Assembly: GCF_009914755.1 (NCBI RefSeq)
Contig: NC_060927.1
Length of the DNA stretch: 64,000 nt
Reading direction: 5' to 3' (one strand)
Source of the DNA: the human T2T-CHM13v2.0 reference genome, Homo sapiens
Positions 12,640-27,019 of this stretch are shown here, one piece after another (the first letter of the stretch is position 1; every line of letters begins with the position of its first letter). Under the pieces are notes generated by a model. It did not search any database, had not been told where the DNA came from, and saw only the letters and a list, made by a program, of their open reading frames with translations. The position numbers were made by a program, and so were the translations under genes.

Positions 12640-13180
12640 GGCCTCCTTTGTGTGCAAGCAATAGAGACCTATTTAGGCTCCTTTAACTACTGGGGGTTTA
12701 TCAAAAGGTGAAATATAGAAATAAAGAGACGAGAAATACTGTCCACATGGGAGATTCTGATGTGAATTCTGGGAAAGCTGCACAAGTGTGGCACACCTGG
12801 ACCTCACCTAGATGGAGGGTGGTTCGAAACTAGAAGGTCCTTTGTGACTTTTGTCTGATGAGGAGTCCTAGCAGTTTGAGGATCCAGTTTTCATAGTTAC
12901 ATAGTTAATTTAGTTTAATGACTTATTCTGTCTTTTTCATCTTTGTGGTTTGCGTTTTTCTCCTTTCTCAATGAATTGCTAGCTCTCTTCTCAAGAGAAG
13001 ACTGGATTGCTTAAGTTACCATCTTCCCACCTTTGTGGGCAGTGCCCTTGCTGGAGTCCACCTGATACCCTGTGGATCAGCTGCCCTTTGTCGGGTTCCC
13101 ATCACAGCCCCAATGTGCTGTGGGTGAAGGGGTGGCCAGGGTGTTGAGAGAGAACCAAGTCCATCAGAGAACTTTCAGAA
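12640..13180 (-). mobile_element. Very old MaLR-like LTR remnant
   Basis: TGCAAGCAATAGAGACC…TTAAC…TTTATCAAAAGG resembles an MLT1N/O terminus; weak. Confidence 0.3.
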
Positions 13181-14194
13181 GTACCTTGCTGTGAATCATC
13201 CTTCACAGCCTAGTGGGTGCCGCTCCTCCCTTTTATTCAATTTTTTAATAAACTCAATATTTGATCAAATTAAGTGGAGGGAGGGAGGATGGAATAACAT
13301 GCTCCTGATATAATGGAAAATTCAGGCTCATTGAACTTGTGTGATGTGCCACAATCCTTTTAGAACAAGACCGTGATTGAAACTAGTCTCTTTTCTCTAT
13401 TACTTTTTTGATTGTTTTAAAAAAAATCAAGAATATTTCTAAAATATAAAAAAAATTACAGGAGAGATAATTTGAGTATCTTCACTTTTTACACTCCTGC
13501 CAAGAATGCCCCACAACCCCACCCATTACAGAAGGATCAGATTCCATATTGGAAATATATGCCAATTTCAATTTAGCTGCTCAGTACCAAGAATTCTTGC
13601 ACCTATGAGATGCTAAAGGTTTGAACTAAATGGAGCCACATTCATCATTGTTGTAGAAATCTGCCAGTGTTTAAAAGGTGCTACAGGGAACCTTTAAGTC
13701 ATGCACCAAATTAAAAGATTGCAAGCTCCACTGGTGTAGTCAAAAGCAAGCTCAAAGCTGAGTGGCATCAAACCAAGAGTAGAAGATAACTTGTTACTGA
13801 ATTTTGTTCTTCCTCTGAATGCCACTCTTTCAAGCAGAGCGAGGAAAATATGAATTTTGTGTTGTTAAAAGATGTTTATTTCCACACCCTAATTTATGTT
13901 TCAAACTGCAGGCTTTTGCAGAGAGTGTTTCTCTGAAACTTTTAAAGAAAGTGACATGTTACTACATGGGAAGAAAAGATAGAGCCTGGTTGGTAACGAT
14001 TATACAGTCAGGGCTTTATCTGCTTGCAGATAATTTGTGGCTTATTTTTAACCGTCTGCCAGTTTCTTTTCTCATTGTTACATTTACCTGCTGATTGCAA
14101 CCCTGAGCCAATCAGTCACTGGTGAGCATTTGGTGAATTCTACTTTTTTAAACTGGCCAAAAGAAAACACATATTTCCAGAATGGACACAGTGA

Positions 14195-14410
14195 TACTAG
14201 CTAATATTTATTGAATACTTATTATGCAGTAGATTCAATATTTTAAATTTAACATTTACAGAAACCTCACCATAGCAAGAATTATCATTACTGTTTTACT
14301 GATGAATAGGGTGAGGCTTAGAAAGGTAAGTAACTTGTCAAGGTCTTAAAGGTAGTCAATGTCAGAGGCAGGGCTTGGATCCAGGGGAAACCTGGTCAAT
14401 TTTAATCCTG
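14195..14410 (-). mobile_element. MIR SINE
   Basis: TAGCTAATATTTATTGAATACTTA…TGAGGCTTAGAAAGGTAAGTAACTTGTCAAGGTC. Confidence 0.8.
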
Positions 14411-14419
14411 CACTGAGAG

Positions 14420-14790
14420 GTGATCACAATCTGAAGACTGTGATCGACACTAAGACAGATTTTGTCAAACAAGCTGGTATCATGAGGAAGTCAGTTTGGA
14501 TGATGATGGTATCCCATAACATGTCTCAAGAAGAACTTAGGATGTTTAGCTTATGGTGGTGTAAATTCAGTGCAAGGGGATGTAATAGGTGTCTTCATTT
14601 ACATGAAACAATTTCAAGCGAAAGATGACTTAGATCTGCTTTGCATTTGCACAGGGGTGAGATGTAAGACATATTAAAGAAAACCATAAAGAGCCAACTG
14701 AATGAAATGATTCATCAATAAATGTGTTTCCTCAACGTATAGTGAGTGTCCTATCAATGGAAACTTTAACAAAGGAGCTAGATTTTGGTT
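14420..14790 (+). mobile_element. L3/CR1 LINE 3' fragment
   Basis: GAAGAACTTAGGATGTTTAGC…GGGATGTAATAGGTGTCTTCA…TAGTGAGTGTCCTATCAATGGAA is collinear with the L3 consensus. Confidence 0.6.
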
Positions 14791-16638
14791 TTACAGGACT
14801 CTTAGATCTATGGATTAAGATGTGTCTGTAATATTAGATGTATCTTAGAGAATAATTATCCAAAATATACTTCATGGAACATGGAGGAACTACAGACTAA
14901 CATTTTCTATGGTAAAATATTTGGGAAATGCTTCATTTTTTCTTTCATAATATATTAACACGTTAAAGGCCAAATCAACTATTTAGGAAAAGAAAATAAA
15001 ACAAAATTTCACCAACTTTATGAAGCTAACATTTCCTGAGCTTTAACATTTTTCATTTGTTATTATTTTTTGATACTAGGAAAGCCTTCTTGTGATACTA
15101 TTAAGATCCCATAGAACATTGCAAATGCTTGTCCAAACCTGCAAAAAAAAAAAAAAAAAAAAGCGCACATCATGTGCAGAGACTTCCCATGGGCATTGGG
15201 TGCAGCTATTTGTAATGAGAAACAAAATAACTGTTGGCTTCCGTAGTGGACTTGTGAGAACCAGTAGTTTTGCATGGTGCAGGGATAGATAAGAAAGTTG
15301 TTTTCGATATGCTATTTTGGATTCTCTCACTCTAGGAAATAATCAAGTGTTGATGGTATTAAATTTCCTTTAGCATACATGCAAAGAGGGCATGTTTATA
15401 GACTTTGACTTGAACTTCTTCTAACAGGCCTTATTTTCCCTGAGTATGTTTCTACTTACTTAAAAACAGATGCTCTCTGAAAAATTCATGAAAACCAAAA
15501 ATATGCTGGAGACTTTGGAGAGAAGCTCTTCACCCTGTTATTAAAGTTAGATTGTTTCTAACAATTTTTTTTTGCATCTTCTGCTTGGCAGTTAACTTCA
15601 TGACCTTGAACAACCTTTCTGGCTTTCCTGTAACTCAGTTTCCTTCATTTACCTACCTACTTAACCAGATTGTACATAAAAATACATAGTATATATATAA
15701 ATGGTTATATTAACAGATAGATCCTTTCAAACACACTTATATTGGTGGCTTTGTTAATGAATATTGCATTTGTGGCAGATAGACATGTTTCCTTAAATGA
15801 AGGTTTTCAAAACTGGCATTGTAAGTAAATTTTACATATTATCAGTTGCTTGCACCCAAAACTATTTCTACTGTGAACTGGAATACATCTTAAGAAATTA
15901 TTTTAAAAGATGTAAATAACTAGTGGTAAAGTGATAGAGCACATCATAACTTTCTTCATTATCATAAGTAATGTGGCTTTGTCCATATGTTATTCTCATT
16001 TGAATTATAATTCTTATTTTTATTGTATGGGGGTTTGCACACTTTTGTCCTCAACTTTTCTTGTTTATTTTAAAAAGGGAGTCTCAGGATTTTTCTTCTG
16101 AAGTTAAAATTTAACCCTAAAGAAAGATGCCACAGTAGTTTAGTCTGCTTTTCTGGAGCTCTGAACCATTGAGGGCCAGAACTGACACTATAAGCAGGAG
16201 CAGCAGTCCCAAGATGGGATTCTAATATCAACCTTTGTTTTATCTGATTCACTATGAGTAAGAGGATACAATATGAGTGAACAGCAAACCTGTGAGAAAC
16301 CTACAAGTATAAAACCAATGGTATTTAATTCAGGTAATAAAATAGAATTCTTAAACACCCTCTAAATTAAAAAGCCAGAAGATGCAGTTCTAATTACATG
16401 CCTTAACTAGAAGTAGGATATTTGCAGCTTATCAAGTTTTATGTAAATTTGTTCCTTTGGCACAATTTGCCTATATAAGCAGTATTAGTTCAGTATAAAA
16501 TGTTTATTAGTTATTGAAACTGGCTCTAGTGTAATTTCTGTGTTTTAATACATAGTCCCAAGTTTTGTGGGATCCCTAGAGAGAACTGTGTGGTGTCTAT
16601 GTTTTGAATAAACAGGTTTTTTGAATAATAGTAACTTA

Positions 16639-16912
16639 CATATCTATAGTCTCTTATCTGAAGCCCTTGGGGTCAAAAGTAGTTTAGAATTTTAGATTTT
16701 AGAACGGTAGTATGCTACTAGTGCTGTGTGCTATGTGACATTCCAATAGAATCTTGGGCAATGGCCAAGCATGTTGACATTTCTTAGTGCTTGAATGGGA
16801 TAAAGATCATAAAGAGCATCTTTTTCAGCTGAGGTCAGGTTGGGCTGACAGTGTGTTTGGTTTTCCAGAGCGTTTTGCATATTGGAACTGCAGATAAGGG
16901 ATTATGGACCTG
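16639..16912 (+). mobile_element. MER46C (TcMar-Tigger MITE)
   Basis: CTCTTATCTGAAGCCCTTGGGG…GATAAGGGATTATGGACCTG terminal inverted repeats; TA flanks on both sides. Confidence 0.8.
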
Positions 16913-16923
16913 TAATATTAAAT

Positions 16924-17165
16924 ATAATAGCTGACATGTATTGTGTTTATTCCAAGCCAGACATGGTACTTTACTTGTATTATCTCATTTAATCTTTGCA
17001 ACTCTTTGAAGAAGGTGATAGTATTAATTTTGTTTTACAGATGAGGAAGAGTTTCAGAGAAGTTAAGAAACTTGCCTAAGGATACATACACCTAGTAAGA
17101 AAGTGGTAGAGTTACATCTCAACTAAGTCGAATTAGACACCAAATCTGGTGTGCACAATAACTAG
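16924..17165 (-). mobile_element. MIR SINE
   Basis: TTTTACAGATGAGGAAG…CAGAGAAGTTAAGAAACTTGCCTAAGG. Confidence 0.8.
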
Positions 17166-17799
17166 TTATCCTCCTCGTATTCAGTGTCTCTGATTTGCAG
17201 CCCATAGACTCAGTCTTACATCAACATAAAGGGAATTAATACGAAGGGTATCAGGTGATGGAGTATCAGGCCCAGGGGATAATTGGGGGAAAGAATGAGT
17301 CTCAGTAGCAACACTTCTTTGATAGTCTTTCTTGGCCATTTCCATTAGAATAAATATACTTCTAGTAGCAGTAAGATTCAGATGAGAGAGAATACTTGAG
17401 CTTGTGTTGCTGTTAGCTAGGGTAAAGTGGGGTGTCACAAATCCAGCATGATGGAGCAGTGTTCCTAAAGGAAAATTGATTGCTGTCAGCAAAAGATGTG
17501 ATTCACGTGAGACAGCACACTCATGTAAAATGTCCACTGTATGGATGATTAATTAATTGCAGATGAAACTAACATTTGGATGAAAACCCCAGTTAGTTTT
17601 TTAAGTATAATCCATTTTAAGTTTACCACCTGCTTGATACCAGCAAAACAGTTAACTTATCATCTTGAATACTCAGATTCCTGTGGCAGTTCAGACACTT
17701 TCTAGGTCTTGGATCTCAGATCTAGAATCAGTGAGCTTTTTTCTTATTTGTAATCTGAGAGCAACAGTACATCTCCCAATTTACCTAGTGGGCATTGTG

Positions 17800-18322
17800 T
17801 TAGCTAAGATAGCCCAAAGAGCTTCTGGAAGTTCATACCCTATGTGTTCATATTTCTCATGCTGATTCTGTGTTGTTCTTGTATAACCAGCAGATGCAGT
17901 AGGGGAGATCCTGCATAACTTCTGTGGCCAAGTCATAAGGAGCCTTGCAGTGTCCACCTTATTTTCTTGGCATCTTCACTCTAGGGGAAGCTACTGCCAT
18001 GTAAGAAGTCTGATCATTATGCTGTGAGGAAGTCCAAGCTAACCACGTGGAGAAAGATCAATTCCTGGCCAGCCAGCTGCTATTCTAGCTCTCCCAGCTA
18101 GTGTGCCAGACATGTAAATTACCTTGGACATCCCCACCCAACCGAACCATTAGTTCATTTCAGTCTAAAGTGCCATCTGACTGAAATGGCATGAACGATA
18201 CCAAGGGACAACTGCCCAGCTGAGCCCAGACCACTCACAGAAACACGAGGGGCAATAATCCACGGTAATAAGTCACTAGGTTTCCCCGTAGTTTGTTATC
18301 CAATAGCAGATATCCAGAAACA
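17800..18322 (+). mobile_element. MLT1G/H-type MaLR LTR
   Basis: TGCCATGTAAGAAGTCTGA…CTGCCCAGCTGAGCCCAG…GTTTGTTATCCAATAGCAGATATCCAGAAACA. Confidence 0.7.
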
Positions 18323-20079
18323 GGTTTGCTGTGAAGAAGAGAGATAATGTGTTATATTCCTCAAATGAAGGTGAGCAGCTGTTTTATTATAATTGCTTTG
18401 ACAATCCAGAAAGCAAGGTCTTTCTAATATCCTCAGAGGTTTCATTACAATTTGCCATTGTGATGAGGATAGTGATCATGCTGTACTCTCTGGACAGGGA
18501 TGGAGAGTGTTTGTGATTGGCCAGCATCCAAGATTGTCATCATTTTTCCTTAGTGCAGGAGTTTAAAACATTCTGCCATTTTCTCACTCGTATTTATATT
18601 TTCACAATGAATGGGGTTTTCTCTAATAAGATTACTGTCATAAAGTCTCTTATTTAAAACTTCTGATGGATCCTCATTGTGGATGACAGGGCCCATTTCT
18701 CTGTTTTTGTAGACTGTCCCTCTGTCCAGAAACTACAGGGGAAATAAGATGTAGATTTTGAAAAAGTGACAGCGAGTCAAAGAACAGTTGGTCAAACAGC
18801 TTCCCAGCAGTTGGGACAGGCTGCCAGAGTGAATGTCAAAGAGAAGTTGGTTCTTGGATGGTTTTACAGAAAAACAAGACAATGAAACAAAGAAATAAGA
18901 AATAAGTAGGAGGCATGCAGAGGGACAAAAATGAAGGACTTGATATTAGGACACCAGAGCAATCAGTAGTAGGTTGGATAGGAGGAGTTGAGAAGAGGGA
19001 GGAGGAAGCAACTAAGGGTTGGTTGGAACTTCAACACTTAATGGGTTCACTCCCTCCTGTCTGTAATTAATTCTAGCTTTAGTTACTTCATTTTCTCCTT
19101 AGAGGAAGATAAAGTGACCTGGACTATCTTCTTTATGTTATAGTTGTTTAGAATCAAAGGGCATTTTCTTAAAGTCTCTTTTCCCAAGTAATTCTTAAGA
19201 TTTCTTAAGTGTCATTGTCTCTTCAGGTGGAGTCATAAAATGCATCTCTATGAGGGGCAATAAAATGCATGGAGGTGCCTTTTATGGCTGTTGCTAGCAG
19301 AGGACTAGAATAAGATAATGATGGTATTTTGCAAATAGTGATAAGGAGCAAATTGCACATTCCAATGTCAATCTGTTCTCAAAAGAGTATAGTTCAAAGT
19401 TTCTACAAAGCTTTTTGAAAGCTTTTCTTTTTTGAAATGAGTCTCTGATTTCTGTTTTTCCTAGCTATACATAGATTTTATTTTGGGGAAAATTTTAGGT
19501 AGTAACATTATCCTTAATATTTACTGATTTGCTGTAGAATTTTAAACTGGACAAATGAAAGCCCTTGAGGAAGAGAAATTTATATTCTAACATAGCGAAA
19601 TAAATATATGTCTTGCAACTTGAATTGTTGTTAGGAAATTACTTGTATGCCTGAGTTCATGAATTATTTAATTTAAGATTATTTTCCTTTTTCTAATTTA
19701 TCACTGGCTAGGTCCTTTAACAATCTTTTGATTTATTAAGAGTCATTTTCCAGAATTAGATTTAAAGCTCTATTGTTTTCTTATGATTTTCCTATGAAAA
19801 TTGAGTATGTCTCCTATAAAAGCTATATTTCTCTTGTTTGACTTATTTCATTTCTCTATTATGAAAGGCAATCATTTTAAAACTGATGAAATTTTAAAAA
19901 ATTGACCTAATCTGAAAAAACCAGCCCATTTCATGATCCTTCTTCACTTATTGGAAAAGACTATGGAGTCAGGAGTTGGGGAATGTACCGACCTCCATTA
20001 AGAGGTAAATGACTTGCTTGTGTCTAGAAGCGTTTGTGTCATTTGCCTCTCAGTGCTTGCTGCAGTTTTAAGGAAATTG

Positions 20080-20250
20080 TCCTCCTATTGAGGTTATGTA
20101 TCAGAATCACCCTTGAAACTTTTTATTAATAAAGATTCTCTGTCCCCACAATGAGGTTTATTAAATCAGAATCTCCAGGGCACTGGTGTGCTGAACGAGT
20201 CTCCTAGGTGATTTGAATTCGTACCCCAGTCTGCATCTGAAAACTGCCGC
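20080..20250. mobile_element. MER5-family MITE
   Basis: TCAGAATCACCC…AAATCAGAATCTCCAGGG…CTCCTAGGTGATT. Confidence 0.6.
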
Positions 20251-20459
20251 TTTTCAAAGAGAGGCAGACAGGTTGATGGATGATAGGATCCAGTCTGACA
20301 CATGGAAAAGCTACAAGGAGGGAGCATGGAGGAATCCTTCATTTAGGGAGACATGAGTATTGTGAATGATGGTGTAATCACTGCTAAAAATTTCTCGGGT
20401 TTCTAAGAAAGTTTTATGTCCTCAGTTTTCTTGATGGTGTCTCCAGCCAAGCTGTAATG

Positions 20460-20960
20460 CAGTGGTTCCCAACTAGGGGCATCTTGGTCTCCAGGGGCTA
20501 TTTGACAATGGCTGGTCCTATTTTTGGTTGTGATAACTAAGGGGATGCCGCTGGCATCTAGTGATTAGAGGCCAGGGATGCTGCTGAACACCCTCAGTGC
20601 AAGGGGAGCCCTGTGTTAGTCAGAATTCTCCAGAGAAACAGAACATATATGATGGCCCAGCTTATGCGGCAGTCATGTGGGAGTTTTCTCTTACTCAGCT
20701 TTTTGTCCTCTTTTGATCTCCAATTGATTGGGTGAGGACCTCCCACATTATGGAGGGCAATCTGCTTTACTTAGTCTGGAGATTCAAATGTTAACCTCAT
20801 CCAAAATATCCTCACAGACACACCCAGAAGTACATTTGACCAAATGTCTACACAACCTGTGGCCCAGTCAAGTTGATATATAAAATTGACCATCACAGCC
20901 CCTTACAACAAAGAGTTATCAGGCCCAAAATGTCAGTAGTATCAAGGCTGGGAAACCCTG
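20460..20960 (+). mobile_element. MER20 (hAT), split by an MLT2 LTR
   Basis: CAGTGGTTCCCAAC…GGCATCTAGTGATTAGAGGCCAGGGATGCTGCT…/…CAACAAAGAGTTATCAGGCCCAAAATGTCA…GAAACCCTG. Confidence 0.85.
20612..20897 (-). mobile_element. MLT2-family LTR, internally deleted
   Basis: TGTGTTAGTCAGAATTCTCCAGAGAAACAGAAC…AAATTGACCATCACA; GCCC on both flanks. Confidence 0.85.
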
Positions 20961-21749
20961 ATCTAGTGAAGTGCAGTGAAATTCTCAAAATAAAAATATT
21001 CTAGGGGCCAGCATTGAAAAGGATGTGGCAGGGCCAGGTAGGAGAGCATTAGAGATGGCCTGTGTGGACCTTGAGGAAGCCAGATGAGATAAAGAGGAGG
21101 AGAGGGCATGAACATAGGATAAAAGCTCGAGACAGGAAGAGATGGGGTTAAAATGAACATCAGGTACTTGAAAAGAGGGATGTTCATCAGGTGTTATTTT
21201 TCCTAGCAGTGTTATGTAAAATACGAGTACTATCTGAAAGTCTGAAAAAGATAGGGCCAATTTAACATCAGCTTTAAGATAGTAAATCTCTATTCTGTAA
21301 GATGTAATGGTAGTTTTTAAGCCTTGAAAATTGGAAATGTTAGACAATGGTAGCATATGTGAGCCAGAGAGAATTTGATGGTAAATTTGTAGTACAGAAC
21401 TTTAGACTTGTTTTTACCAGGAAGAAGCATCAGAGAAACAGTGAGAGTAATCAGCGCATATTTGTTGTATTTCCGAGGCTGGTAATGGAGCTAAAGTGTG
21501 GGGGCAGAGCTTTTTGTTTGGGAAAGTGTGGAAATGGGGCTGGTCAATGCAGATGAAGGGGTGCTATGGGAACCTTATGATGTAAAATACACTCTCTCAT
21601 TGTCTTCACAAGTGTAGCTCTAATTGCCTGACCTATGTGCAGATTTGTTGTTCAGAACAAATGGGGTTACCATAAGTATGGAAAATGGTTCCTGGTCTAC
21701 AGCGAATTGGAGAGACTAGAGAGGCAAGCCAGTGCTCTTAAATAGCAGT

Positions 21750-22272
21750 GACCCATCTAAGTTCATTTTTCATCACCCTTCTGGTAAATACTTCCTAATT
21801 TTCTCTAGGGGATGTGCTTTCCCCATGTTTGATCTGTTTTTTTCTGAGAGGTGTTTGGTTCATCCTGGTTGTAGGGTTGGGTTTGTGATATAGGCATAGC
21901 CTCTCAGAGGCATTTGGCCATAAGTCTTATCTGGGTATGGGCTCATGACCCCAGGTCAATCTAGTCAGATCTGCTGATGTTAATTCTGAGGCTCTTTTCT
22001 TTCCTTACTTTTGTATTTGGAGGTGTAAGGATGTAATCCCACGTTCTTGGTCATAATCTTGTCATACTATAGAAAGGGACTTTTTCAAAATGTAGTTAAT
22101 TCAAGGAAGACCAGAGTTGAGAGACCTTATATCATTTGTGCTCCTGGATGAAGCTGTACCTGAAGCTAGGTTGTCCCAGAATTCTGTTAGTAAACTATTA
22201 AATTTCTTTTTTGGTTATACTAGTTTGTGTTGTTTCTTTCACTAATGACTGAACAAATTACTAAAAGATACA
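21750..22272 (+). mobile_element. MLT1J/K-type MaLR LTR
   Basis: CTCCTGGATGAAGCTGTACCTGAAGCTAG and a 3' terminus ending …GATACA. Confidence 0.55.
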
Positions 22273-23534
22273 CTGAATTATTAGGAGAAACTGTCCAATT
22301 AGTAAGTGATATAGCCAACTAATAACTAATTAATTAATGTTTCATACTCCAGTATTTGGGCTCTGTGTATATATTGGTGATATTCTTCCATTCTTGTTTG
22401 TTTGTGTTTTGGAGAGTTTGACAAAAATGCATAGGCTATCTCTGGTAATGCTTGGTTTAAAGCATATTTCATATTCAGAAAGATGTTGTATTTGAGAAGC
22501 GACGTGGTAATTGGTTTTGAGAGTATACATCTTAGACAATTAAATGGTTACATTGCTTCCTTCCTTGGTTTAAAAAAAAAAAAAGAAATCCAAGGGTATT
22601 CCAGTTGTATAAATAGGGACAACACAGTTTATGCTATTTGTAATTACAGATACCACTCAAAAGAATTGATTCCGTTTACTTTTGTATTAGTGTACTGTGG
22701 AAAGTCGTTAATTATAATGTCTGTTCTTATCCAACAACATGCAATAAGTAAAGATGAAAATATAGAGATTATTAGTTTGAATAACTGGTTGCATGCCATC
22801 CGGTTTTATATGATTGCTGAAATGCAAAACAAACAACCCCTCCCCCCGAAGAAAACAACCCACCGTTCTTAAATAAGACATTTGTGACATAACAAATTAG
22901 AATCTAGGAGAAGGAAAATATTTTCCCAGTATCTAAAGCCATTGAATCAAAATAATCGTGTAGATCACACTTTAGTTCAGATATAACCTAAATAAATTCT
23001 CTAGCCAGGGCACCCATCTGTCAAAAAATAAAACTCTGGCCCTCATTTAAAATGGCTCCTTTAGACTGAGGTCATCTAGCTGTATCTAAATTGGACATGA
23101 AATGTCAATTTCATACCTTATAGTGGCACATTTCATATTGCTCTACTTAAGGTTATGTCAGCTTTACCCATAAAATGCAAGTGATTTAGGTCTTATTCTA
23201 AATGAACTAACCAGATACATCAGCAATGGGCACTGCCTTGCCACTGCAGAAAAAGGGAATGTGTGAAGGGAAGACAGAAACCACTTATTCTGTTTCTTAA
23301 CTCTGGAAGTATAGGTATTCCAGGTTGGGATGTCTTGTCTATATTTTCATTCCTTGTGAATGATAATTTGGGGATGGGGGGATTAGAAAGATGCTTTATT
23401 CAAAATGAATTGTATTGCCTGCAGGCGATTCACTTGCTTAAGTTATATTTGTGAGTTATTGTATGTAACTTTATCACATTGGAAAGTTTATGAACCTTGT
23501 GTAGAAAAAAGATTGCATTTTGGGAGCTATGCAC

Positions 23535-24305
<771 letters not shown>

Positions 24306-24309
24306 CAGC

Positions 24310-24820
24310 TGACATGGCTAATTTTAGGTCAACTTGACTGTATCATGGGGTGCCTGGATAAAACATTGTTTCTGGGTGTTTCTGTGAAGGTGTGTTAGGT
24401 TGAGATCACCACTAGAATAAATGGACTTAGTAAAGCAGATTGTGAGTGGTCATCATCCAATTCACTGAGGGCATGAATAGAACAAAAATACCGAAGGGGA
24501 AAAATTAAGAATTTGTCCCTTTCTCTTCCTGCCTGCTGGTTGAGCTGGGACATTGGTCCTCTCCTGCCCTGGAACTGGTATTTATACCATTTCCTGGTTA
24601 TCAGGCCTTCAGACTTGAACTGGAATTACACCATTAGCTCTTCTCTGGATCTCCAGCTTATAGATGGCAGATTTTGGAACTTCTCAGTCTCCATAATCAT
24701 ATGAGCCAATTCTTTGTAATAAATTTTCTTCTCTCTCTCTCTCTCTGCCTATCTATCCATCTAGTTATCTGGATATATCGCCTATGGGTTTTCTTTCTCT
24801 GGAGAGCTCTGACTAATAGA
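24310..24820 (+). mobile_element. MLT2D-like LTR
   Basis: GCTAATTTTAGGTCAACTTGACT…CTCCATAATCATATGAGCCAATTC…CTGGAGAGCTCTGACTAATA. Confidence 0.85.
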
Positions 24821-25029
24821 GTAGCCAAAGCAAAGACAGTTTGTATGTGTATGGTTTTATGGGGAGTGGATTTTCAGGAAAGCAGGAAAAAGATTTTTTC
24901 CAGGGCACTTGGGTAGTGCATCTTTTTTCCTCTAACAAATGGGGGAGCATGTGGCCTTCTGAGTACTGGGTTTGCTTAATGAATCAGGAGAGCCAGTGTT
25001 TATAAATATTCCTTTAAATGGCAGAGCGT

Positions 25030-25465
25030 AGATCCTGGTTTGTAGTCCCCTTAGTATATTTGTAATGTTTTCATCATACCCCTAGGCCAAAGAAAATACT
25101 CAACATTAAGTAGTTTTATTCATTAGGTAGGTAGGTTGAAACAAATGAATAAGAATTTATGTACTAACGTAATTTGAAAAACATATATATCATTTGAAAA
25201 AACACACAAATTGAAATAAAATATTTTTTTCTTAAATAACCACTATTGCTTACTAATGGGATATATCCTCCTGTTGGGCACAGAATGACTTCACATACAT
25301 TGGAATTAGATTGGACACTGCTACCTGATTCCCATCCACATTGATTTTCATGAAGCACATTTTATTACAGCAATGGCTATGAACCCAGCTTTGCAAAGAT
25401 ATAACATAATGAAAAGGAATGTAATGCAATCAAATATTGAAACTGCCAACTACCTCGAGCTATCC
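25030..25465. mobile_element. hAT-Charlie-like DNA transposon fragment
   Basis: CCCAGCTTTGCAAAGATAT…GAAAAGGAATGTAATGCAATC…TTGAAACTG…AACTACCTCGAGCTA. Confidence 0.45.
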
Positions 25466-25757
25466 TGACAGTTGAGCATAGCTTGGGAGTGGTAGACATA
25501 GATTATCACTGAAATTCTAATGTGAGCCTGATGGCAACTTGAGTTGAAGGGCATTCTTGCAAGACTGCTTGGTTGGGGAGTGTCAGACCAGCTGGATGTT
25601 TCCAGAACCAAGGGCCTGGGAAAAACTATGCCAGTGTGCACAGTGCACACTCTTCCTCAGTGTAGCCACTCTGCTTCTGATGTGTTTTGTTGTCTAAATC
25701 AGTCAGCAACCTATCACAGATGTGTGCATCTTTTCCTACCAATCCACAAAACCCACC

Positions 25758-26122
25758 TGATACGGTTTGTCTGTGTACCCACCCAAATTTAATCTTGAAT
25801 TGTAATCCCTATAATTCCCACCTGTCATGGGGGGCACCCAGTGGGAGGTGATTGAATCATGGACACAGGTCTTTACTGTGCCGTTCTTGTCATAGCAAAT
25901 GCGTCTCACAGGATCTGATGGCTTTATAAAGAGGAGTTCCCCTGCACAAGCCCTCTTGCCTGCCGCCATGTAAGATGTGCCTTTGCTTCTCCTTTGCCTT
26001 CCACCATGCTTGTGAGGACTCCCCAGCCATGTGGAACTGAGAGTCCATTAAACCTCTTTTTCTTTATAAATTACCCAGCCTCAGGTATGTCTTTATTAGC
26101 AGTGTGAGAACAGACTAATACA
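25758..26122 (+). mobile_element. THE1B-type MaLR solo LTR
   Basis: Full-length collinear match TGATACGGTTTG…CAGACTAATACA; perfect 5-bp TSD CCACC. Confidence 0.93.
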
Positions 26123-26234
26123 CCACCTGAAATAATGTACCCCTTAAAATCCTTATTTATGGATTGATGAGAAAACAGAGCTTTCATTTTATATGATTAA
26201 CAGAAGATAAGTGCCTCTGTTGCCCAGATCAGAC

Positions 26235-26581
26235 TGTCTTAGTTCATTCAGGCTGCTATAACAAGTTACCATTTTCTGGGTAGCTCCTAAACAACAGAAA
26301 TTTATTTCTTACAATTCTAGGGTCTTGGAAGTCCAAGATCCCGGCAACCTCAGACACTTTTGGTGAGGGCCCACTTCCTGGTTCATAGATGGGCCTTCTT
26401 GCTATGTTCTCACATGGGTATAGGAGGTAACAGAGCTCTCTGCAGCCTCTTTTATAAGGGCGCTAACCCCATTCATGTCCTAATTACCTCCCCCAAAGCC
26501 CCAACTCCTAATAGCATCACCTTGGGTATTAGGATTTCAAGATATGAATTTTGGGGGAACATAAACATTCAGACCATAGCA
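26235..26581 (-). mobile_element. MLT1A/MLT1A0 LTR
   Basis: TGTCTTAGTTCATTCAGGCTGCTATAACA…AAACATTCAGACCATAGCA. Confidence 0.85.
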
Positions 26582-27019
26582 TAGGCCAATTAAGAACTAG
26601 GTATATGTAAAAGCATGGCTCCTTTTTTGGTACAAAGCTGGTGTATGCCTCAAAATTTATATTTTGCACTCAGAAAAATTCTTCCTTTTATTCCCTGAAC
26701 TGCTTGTTCATGTGATCTCTACTTCTGTATGTCCAGGTCTTTGATATGTGTATGAGTTGACTGTTTCATTGTGTCGGAACATCTTTTGATTGTGTCAAGA
26801 GTTCCAGCTTCTTTTCTTTAAAGATCCTGTTTTATAATCTGCCAGCCTGACCACACTCAGCATACAGTCTTCAAAGTTACAGGTTATGTGAAACTTTCAA
26901 ATGAGATATTACTTACTCCTGTTCTTCAGCTGGAATATCAGTTGCTGGGGGAGCTGGAGAAACAATTCCCAAAATGAAGAGCACCTTAGCATTTCTACAA
27001 TGTTGTCATTGCAGGGTAT

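Noticed and set aside
15143-15162. Isolated A20 tract as a processed-pseudogene tail
   Set aside because: No TSD and no recognisable upstream mRNA- or SINE-like body
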